Virus record (IMG/VR): IMGVR_UViG_3300044655_001360
Source of the DNA: a virus
Length of the DNA: 64,000 nt
Strand: one strand, 5' to 3'
Positions 61,001 to 64,000 of this stretch are shown here, piece after piece. The notes under the pieces are model-generated. The model was not told where the DNA came from. It was given only the letters and a program-made list of their open reading frames with translations, and ran no database searches. Numbering within the stretch: position 1 is the first letter of the stretch; the number at the start of each line of letters is the position of its first letter. The translations under genes and the position numbers were made by a program.

Positions 61001-62649
61001 AAACTACTAAATTTACAACAGCTGCGGCATTCAAGGATACAACTTCAGTATATGTGACAGTTGATGGTGTTGAGACAGCTGCAAGTTTTGGATCGACTGG
61101 TAACAAATCCAGTGGTAAAACCTATGTAGAATTGGCGAATAAACCAGTTAGTGGTTCAGTGATAAATGCTGTGTGTTTCAGTGGAACTAATGATCAATTT
61201 AATTCATCCATTATTCAACTAAAAAACCAAACGGTTGCATACTCAGGAAATCCAGTTATCACAGTTCAACTGTTCGATAAAACACCAACAACGACATCAC
61301 CAATTCCAGCAATTGTTGAATTAAATGGTGGGATATTAACTGGTAACGATTCGATATATGCGATATATGATGGGGTTGTTAATACGTTCTATATCGAGAA
61401 AAAGCAAAACTCAATCGTACCAGCTAACATCAAAGTTTATGTGAATAACCAACTAATTGCATTTATCAATGATTATGATTTTAGTGTGGATATGACTAGT
61501 TTAACTATCAACAAAGCATTGACGGTTGGTGATACCATTCTGATTACCAACGACTTTGAAGCACAATATTCTATAGTTGGTAATCAAATCACGTTTAATA
61601 CCGCTAAAGTGCAATTGACAACTGGTGATTCCATATCGGTTACTTGGTTTACTAACTACGAAAGTATGCAATTAGTTATTGACGAGACTGTTGGGGGTAA
61701 AGTGAAATATTACCTACCGTTTAAACCAATCGCATCTAGTTACCTCTGGGTATACAAAAATGGAATTAAGATGATTGCGGATAAAGACTATTCCGTAACC
61801 AATAATTACATGGTATTTGAGTCTATAACGAATGCCACTGATGCTATTAAGATTATCATATTCGGTGCAAATTTGAGACGTGAAGCCTGTGCATTTGAGA
61901 TAACCAAGGATATGTTTAATACAAGTGGTTATTATCGTTATTCAATGAATTCCGTGAAATTAGCCACTGACTTGAATTATTACGATACTTCGCTACAAGT
62001 TACTGATGCGAGTAATTTATACGTTCCACAACCTATGAGTAATGCTCCTGGTGTAGTTTGTATAAATGGTGAACGAATCCAGTATTTTAAAGTCACTGGT
62101 AATGTACTATCGCAATTGCGTCGTGGTGTGTTAGGTACATCAATCGCTGCGGTACATAAAGCAGATAGTTACGTTGTTGATGCTAGTTTATTAGAAAAAT
62201 TACCGTACTCAGATACTGAAGAACGTATCGATGTTATTTCTGGTAGTTTATCTAAGGAAATACCAGTTGATTTTTTACCAATTAAATCGAATAGAACTAA
62301 TTGGACTAGAGATGCAAAATCGACAATTCCTGCTAATTTTGGGCCTTGTGATCAAATTGAAGTCTTTGTGGCTGGTCGTAGATTACACAAAAACCCAATG
62401 ATGATGTTTGATGCTTCAACAAACTCTGATGTATTTGTAGATGCAGAATTTTCCGTTGATGGAACAACAAGAGTAGTTAGATTAACAACACCAGCACCAG
62501 TAGGTACTCGAGTCACTATCTTCCGTAAAGTTGGAAAAGTTTGGTACGATCAAGGTAGTTCAACTGCTAGTAATGGCGAGACTTTACTTGAAAATTCAAC
62601 ACCAGTAGCTAAGTTTATTGCCTTAAAAACGTCGATGGTTCCCGACTAA
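49099..62649 (+). CDS. giant 4516-aa baseplate/virion structural protein
   Basis: uninterrupted ORF after gp6; FG-GAP-like and W..x.Y..G.IV.Y modules. Confidence 0.75.
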   Translation: MTDQLYPKSQLPIRKTEELLPGVFQTDANKKFMSAVVDPLVQPGLLEKTVGYVGRRYGKTFVGSDIYLDSDNSLRSRYQLEPGVVFNNNGTIDNFYDYIDFKNQLKFFGNTVERDDLITSQEHYSWNPPIVWDKFINYREYYWEPNGPLSVPVNGELNTFVVSEYDVSIDSNSFVFNPKSEIPLNNPTINLYRGQTYKFNVNAPKEGFIIRNKYDTGSLMYNYMYSYINGQLAVYDNQLLRAKHTIPSHSVPTLPDTVLDWEVVQFIYQAEISYYNPSTEYTVGEFVVFDDFLWQATVNIPVNTTTTVTTDKWRNFGVVVNTPTLDYTKGITNNGTSSGTITFVVPFDAPDELYYQSPIDPNKFGRFIIDDITTNTKTIEVDKTIIGMKNYTSGDGIVLTNGMVIQFYGSVSPAKYASDTWLVNGVGSAITLIRFSDLTTPTISKDVPTVMFDNSGFDTEPFDNAASYPGSQDYITISHASVDSNPWSRYNRWFHRSVLEYSCKLRGVEYSAPEEMRAKRPIIEFTANLQLFNHGTHAKQAVDAVDNITTDVFSTIEGARSYNIDGFELSSGVRILITADKDGLANNKIYKVTFVADQQTNAPVIHLVAVDDTNPIIGECVLVKSGKEFGGSMYHFDGTSWKLSQAKTSLNQAPLFDIFDENEVSLANTETYPASNFTGSKILSYKVGNGRTDSHLGFSLSYLNINNIGDIQFNWNFGTDTYIFVENNNKITRKVATGYYRTNFIGSEYANGWIATDNKYIQPVIDSFVVKEATNEINFTPINFYESIQDAWTVKFYLNGEPLTASYTRDQNLFTFSQTFTIGDVVSIKVISANDPDTGYYEIPVGLEKNPLNTELDTFTLGQADDHVKSAVDFHDRFTGTIPGISNLRDIDNYQQFATRFLKHSGITPLAISTLCDKDQNIIKALRYAKKMYIEFKNNFLDRAVMMPLLPAADTVDDIIASLTKTKTVDSPFAYSDMIGSGAYTKLTYTVDNTDVTTYALSNKFNLIDLSNNAVYVYINRLNLKGTYTKTQLLNTKDYQFNDVYGYVTISYALNVGDIIEIREYVSTAINYIPTTPSSIGLHKAYTPMIFTDDTYTTPRLVIQGHDGSITAAYGDFRDELLLELEMRIYNNIKQQYDPAIFDIDAILGGYYNTGMYTKQQLDSLIQSEFYKWITPSNIDHVHNNWYEELNAFTYTYNQSLDPTLTQKLPGYWRGIYNWFYDTDRPHRCPWEMLGFSEQPSWWESEYGSAPYTSENYILWEDLRDGTIRHGVRKGTYARYSRPDLLNHIPVDGNGKLIDPIASGLVNDFNTFTQQDNFAVGDIAPVEYSWRSSSDWPFVISIALCLLKPFEYITDRFDISRTKLNKLGQTVHKDTSLFVTLDDIVVPTNNEFSVGLGTYLVDEIKSKGIDAAIIEKKIKNLDVRLSTRMSGFVVTDQQHYLLDSKHQSAVGNVFVPPENVDIIFNVSSSVKTITYSGVIVEKTNGGWFISGYDRNNQFFNYYGVNPANNDPQITLTPVDNSLLMSVGGVSQPFTEWQPNVTYKNGEIVKYQTKFFKALRTNISETFDNTYHDWQMMKNLPTTGEVTALKRTSYNKFRLKVLNYGTKLGSIQEVIDFLFGYEEYLKSVGFVFDGYDTATQSPINWTTSAKELMFWTKSNWAEGSLITLSPIASKIDISMGGGVAESVIDGFYEYEILKANGQPFQLNEIDITRSFQKITVSPNASTDGIYYLNLYCVLKEHVAIFDDRTVFNDVIYDKPTGYRQGRIKSQGYRTVDWDGDYTSPGFLFDNVTISTWAPYTDYKMGDIVAYRSNNWTSSANQLGTANFDDTAWTKLDSTPTKQLIANYDYKVNQFEDFYDVTSEGIGENQRSLARHAIGYQTREYLQALAPDPVTQFQLYQGFIREKGTANAINKVFDKLSRSGDSSIVMNEEWAFRVGQFGGLDQLREVEFQVQKGMFKLNPQAIEIATAVTTPANDQKYQIVKDNFTIAPTPYVTNIHPVTKNEPVRTAGYVKTDHVDVTVKSRNDILALDITKIYENDHIWVTFNDYSWDVLRYNQTNLRITALAASGTSYMLTLSERHGLNVDDIIGIKPINVITELTGFFKVTAIEWNAITIDGSAITGTPTLPDIKPLHISVLTTARFSNYDKVDPEMAATYVKGAKLWIDNNSTGDWEVVEKQNTYTDYGLKETNYGITGTPLNAGTAVAYSSELGQTMVGVAGSDYVLVYEGTSFTKRKILINPPTSLGEHLNGSFGATITLSPDSRFMAIGAPKASYVHSNFNDRPYLPANDYSYGDIVLYDDMIWEATLDIITDGSSNSIYSEDWRPASIVPATSVGRNSGYVNQGAVAIYENTDIGWKLMRTFISPRPADDKFFGSEIAIGVATDGTYTMAVTSTNGTGQVYMYEFLGTTWKHYRHATTVNQYNPFLTNGLSVAISKDCSTVLVGKPNTGNGEVIPYVLHSNHQYAAIATIGNTTGNVGDLFGYKVALSEDGSTAIVSSPNADVMVPDQGSVYVIPKLNGVYDRTKEQQLQSFDALSNELFGTSLSFSATGNTLAVGAKNTLFTQYYTFDSGKTVFDEDNTQFVTSIGSAGGVYVFEKKGSKYFLTSKPTPSDIAMVPYESYGHAVACTDDVVVVGSPTYVAQGASDQIGMVRLFAQDKFVNSWNTIAHQSAVVDITKIKSVELYDDVKNIKIQDLDYVDHAKLKVLNYAEQAITYKTLYDPAVYTNGTDDTTQIIEPSQSWEDSHVGKLWWDVSSVKWVYAEQGDFAYRTGHWNQMATGSSVDIYEWVKTKLLPSEWASLADTNEGISVGVSGNPLYPNDDVLTVKTLYNTVTGVATDTFYYYWVKNPVIIPSGSTRTVSASDVSTAISNPIGTGIAFVAFTGENELLTFNLGAKMSSDTALINTIYYKDDSALIPVHNEYQLLTEGVASSIPSPQLELKWIDSLIGADSAGNRVPDDRLPVKQRYGLSFRPRQSMFIDRTNVLQSAIEHINGVLVKAPFTSSVNFEILNSIDPVPTVESNRYDTVVDSFIDLQYVNTGNAQQAVLELGLTNGKVTEVTIVNQGYGYKPSIPVYENLDLPLYNYKGTGYKGPLVTVNGNGSGAVIELIIDNYGRVIMAKIKYSGKKYSIASANVRPLSVLVRADETVDNFWSIYEWNANINQFSRTATQQYDATRYWSYIDWWKSGYGLSSRIVKEIQNIVSMNDLETEVGDLIRIKEYENGGWAVFERIAAEGELTAVTNYDLAVFSDYYTIVGRENGTIQLSDILYKTTFGYDGVSPFDGISYDRDFTRELRLILQAVKQDIFTSEYTVEWNNLFFSSIRAAFAEQMYIDWAFKTSFITATHNIGPFKQSLHYNSDNLSSFESYINEVKPYRTTVREYISKYDSIEMAVTGMSDFDLQPAYNYEYGKIMPMNSLTTFSGYPWKWWSDDHAYSVTEIVVHDQGSGYEMAPAVKISGSGTGAIAKAYIANGKVTKIKITSGGFGYLAAPKVELSGGNPISNATAVAFIGDSNARMFDLTMKFDRISKTGSVEGFTYTDSFPIVSGDSSSFRLTFPANEQKSKIKVTKNGNVILGDSFSIVTTAVNDLLVSDLVLNEIPKANDSIVITYEKTDAILDAVDRVEKYYDPTAGMKGKQLSQLITGIDFGGVQIQGATFDVSGGWDAMPWATDTWDSIESDNTHWHYCEAIDENHPEIPDNTLQITLPYTPATGQHINVYIKPADPNRILKLQPYGLKASPYSKPPEIIRIDDIAYTPQWDSASTVNPYAVMPTFVGDGSNKVISIGSHISTFKGDIIILRMATSDGSMAIDDPSIIDTNLQGGTLAYMNGAYSTATGLTADEIAIDGGVFISKAHVPATEENIPGQVLDSVSIRVFDESANSAAPLHSRYTTGDDVTSTFEIGMKVIDSTAVIVTVDGIKRKLGTDYTLDVVSSTITFKTPPVSGKLISIDAIGVGGLGIIASNTFTANGKTTKFTTAAAFKDTTSVYVTVDGVETAASFGSTGNKSSGKTYVELANKPVSGSVINAVCFSGTNDQFNSSIIQLKNQTVAYSGNPVITVQLFDKTPTTTSPIPAIVELNGGILTGNDSIYAIYDGVVNTFYIEKKQNSIVPANIKVYVNNQLIAFINDYDFSVDMTSLTINKALTVGDTILITNDFEAQYSIVGNQITFNTAKVQLTTGDSISVTWFTNYESMQLVIDETVGGKVKYYLPFKPIASSYLWVYKNGIKMIADKDYSVTNNYMVFESITNATDAIKIIIFGANLRREACAFEITKDMFNTSGYYRYSMNSVKLATDLNYYDTSLQVTDASNLYVPQPMSNAPGVVCINGERIQYFKVTGNVLSQLRRGVLGTSIAAVHKADSYVVDASLLEKLPYSDTEERIDVISGSLSKEIPVDFLPIKSNRTNWTRDAKSTIPANFGPCDQIEVFVAGRRLHKNPMMMFDASTNSDVFVDAEFSVDGTTRVVRLTTPAPVGTRVTIFRKVGKVWYDQGSSTASNGETLLENSTPVAKFIALKTSMVPD

Positions 62650-62682
62650 ATATAGGATATAACTAACTTTTAAGGGCTACTA

Positions 62683-62820
62683 ATGGCAGAAATTGACAAC
62701 TCTACCGGTGAACAACCGGTAGAACCTAAACCAGATGAAATGAATGGCTTTCACTGCGAAGGCCATCTCAAGATTTTCGACCCAGAAACTGAAGAAGTTT
62801 TCGTTTCAGCAAGAGCCTAA
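62683..62820 (+). CDS. 45-aa protein absent from the ORF track
   Basis: MAEIDN...GHLKIFDPETEEVFVSARA; TAAATA upstream; resembles the start of the next gene (GHIKIFDPITNEVF). Confidence 0.65.
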   Translation: MAEIDNSTGEQPVEPKPDEMNGFHCEGHLKIFDPETEEVFVSARA

Positions 62821-62840
62821 CACAACAACCGGTATAATAG

Positions 62841-63437
62841 ATGCGATTAATGTACAAAATTCTTGGTCATATTAAGATATTTGACCCAATCACAAACGAA
62901 GTCTTTGAAGACAAAGACAACGCCATTCATTATGAAAATATGAGTGTTGCAATGGCAAATAGCCTATCTAAATCTGGGCTTGGTATCAATACCATGGCTT
63001 TTGGAACAGGTGGAACGTTGGTAGATCCAACTGGGTTGATTTCTTATCTAACACCAAACACAGTTGGCGTTAATTGTAGTTTATACAACCAAACCTATTC
63101 TAAACGAGTAACCGACGATATTCATAATTCAGACCCAGTTCGTAATAAAATGGAAGTTCGCCATGTTAGTGGTGCAACGTTCAGTGATATTATCGTATCG
63201 TGTTTGCTTGATTACGGTGAACCAACCGGCCAAGAAGCATTTGATAACAGTGTAGACATGAATGGAAACTTCGTATTTGATGAACTAGGCTTGATGACCG
63301 TTAATGATGATGGTAGTTCTCGGTTATTAACACACGTTGTTTTTCACCCAGTGCAAAAGTCATTGAATAGATTACTTCAAATCGACTACACAATCCGTAT
63401 TCAAAGTTTAACTGGTTTTAATGAGGTATCTGCGTAA
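62841..63437 (+). CDS. conserved virion structural protein
   Basis: NAIHYENMS, LDYGEP, FDELGL and HPVQKSLNR; located in the baseplate operon. Confidence 0.65.
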   Translation: MRLMYKILGHIKIFDPITNEVFEDKDNAIHYENMSVAMANSLSKSGLGINTMAFGTGGTLVDPTGLISYLTPNTVGVNCSLYNQTYSKRVTDDIHNSDPVRNKMEVRHVSGATFSDIIVSCLLDYGEPTGQEAFDNSVDMNGNFVFDELGLMTVNDDGSSRLLTHVVFHPVQKSLNRLLQIDYTIRIQSLTGFNEVSA

Positions 63438-64000
63438 TGAATTACTACAATATCAAACATGCAAATACATCTATACCAGATTATACCGTATATGATAATA
63501 CAACTAATACAGATACCAGTTTAAAGTTTCCTGGTAGATTCGTTGCTGGATATGGTCAAGCAATTGCTGAAAACTTCTTGCATTTACTTGAGAATTTCGC
63601 GAGCGCTAGCGAGCCTAGTAGTCCGCAAATTGGACAACTTTGGTACGATACGGCTAGTGGATATTTACGAGTACACAGCGGTACTGGTTCGTCAGTAGCC
63701 GCTAGATGGAAAGCTGCTAGTGGTATCGAGTACAACGATGTTAATCCAGGAACTGCTGTTACTGGTCAACTTTGGGTTGATACCGCAAATAGACAACTTA
63801 ATATCTATACCGGTTCTAGTTGGATGGTTATTGGTCCAACTATTAGCACCAGAGACGGACTCAAAAATGGACCGTTAGTTGAAGAAATACTGGATGATTC
63901 AAATACCACTCGGTCAATATTATCGGTTTACATTGCTGATATCCGAGTTCTTATTGTTAGTAAAGATACATTCCAACCTAAGTTGGGTATTCCAGGATAT
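63437..64000 (+). CDS. tail-fibre/baseplate-associated protein, truncated by the window end
   Basis: ATG overlaps the upstream TAA; YGQAIAENFLHLLENFA...GQLWYD. Confidence 0.7.
   Translation, partial: MNYYNIKHANTSIPDYTVYDNTTNTDTSLKFPGRFVAGYGQAIAENFLHLLENFASASEPSSPQIGQLWYDTASGYLRVHSGTGSSVAARWKAASGIEYNDVNPGTAVTGQLWVDTANRQLNIYTGSSWMVIGPTISTRDGLKNGPLVEEILDDSNTTRSILSVYIADIRVLIVSKDTFQPKLGIPGY

Noticed and set aside
1-64000. DGR reverse transcriptase or AAC-rich template repeat inside this window
   Set aside because: No ORF shows RT motifs and I found no non-coding AAC-rich copy of the variable segments; the AAC run near 9880 is coding (DFNNNK).
1-64000. Stop-codon recoding (alternative genetic code)
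   Set aside because: Core genes, including the 4516-aa ORF, are intact in the standard code, and TAA, TAG and TGA all end genes.

Overview
This window is a 64-kb segment of a large T4-like (myovirus/jumbo-type) phage genome that reads normally in the standard genetic code. It holds a head module (intein-containing portal, protease, scaffold, major capsid), tail-fibre-like proteins, a tape-measure/GH73 gene, a recombination and late-transcription block (RNase HI, resolvase, gp46/gp47, gp55-like sigma) and a baseplate operon with a 4516-aa protein. Several homing-endonuclease-like genes are interspersed. Six less ordinary signals stand out. (1) Seven small DUF1566/C-type-lectin-fold genes are dispersed across the window; two have the NNC-codon 3' ends typical of diversity-generating retroelement (DGR) variable regions, but I found no RT or template repeat here. 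(2) One member is switched off by a G9 tract. (3) A 1.5-kb gene-free locus beside RNase HI contains a promoter, four tandem repeats, a ~450-nt multi-stem candidate RNA and an AT-rich iteron field. (4) The 12-mer CTAAAAGATAAT occurs about 26 times, including inside promoter spacers. (5) A dispersed hairpin family with covarying stems is present. (6) The gp26-like gene has a probable -1 frameshift. All product calls come from motif recognition and synteny, not database searches.
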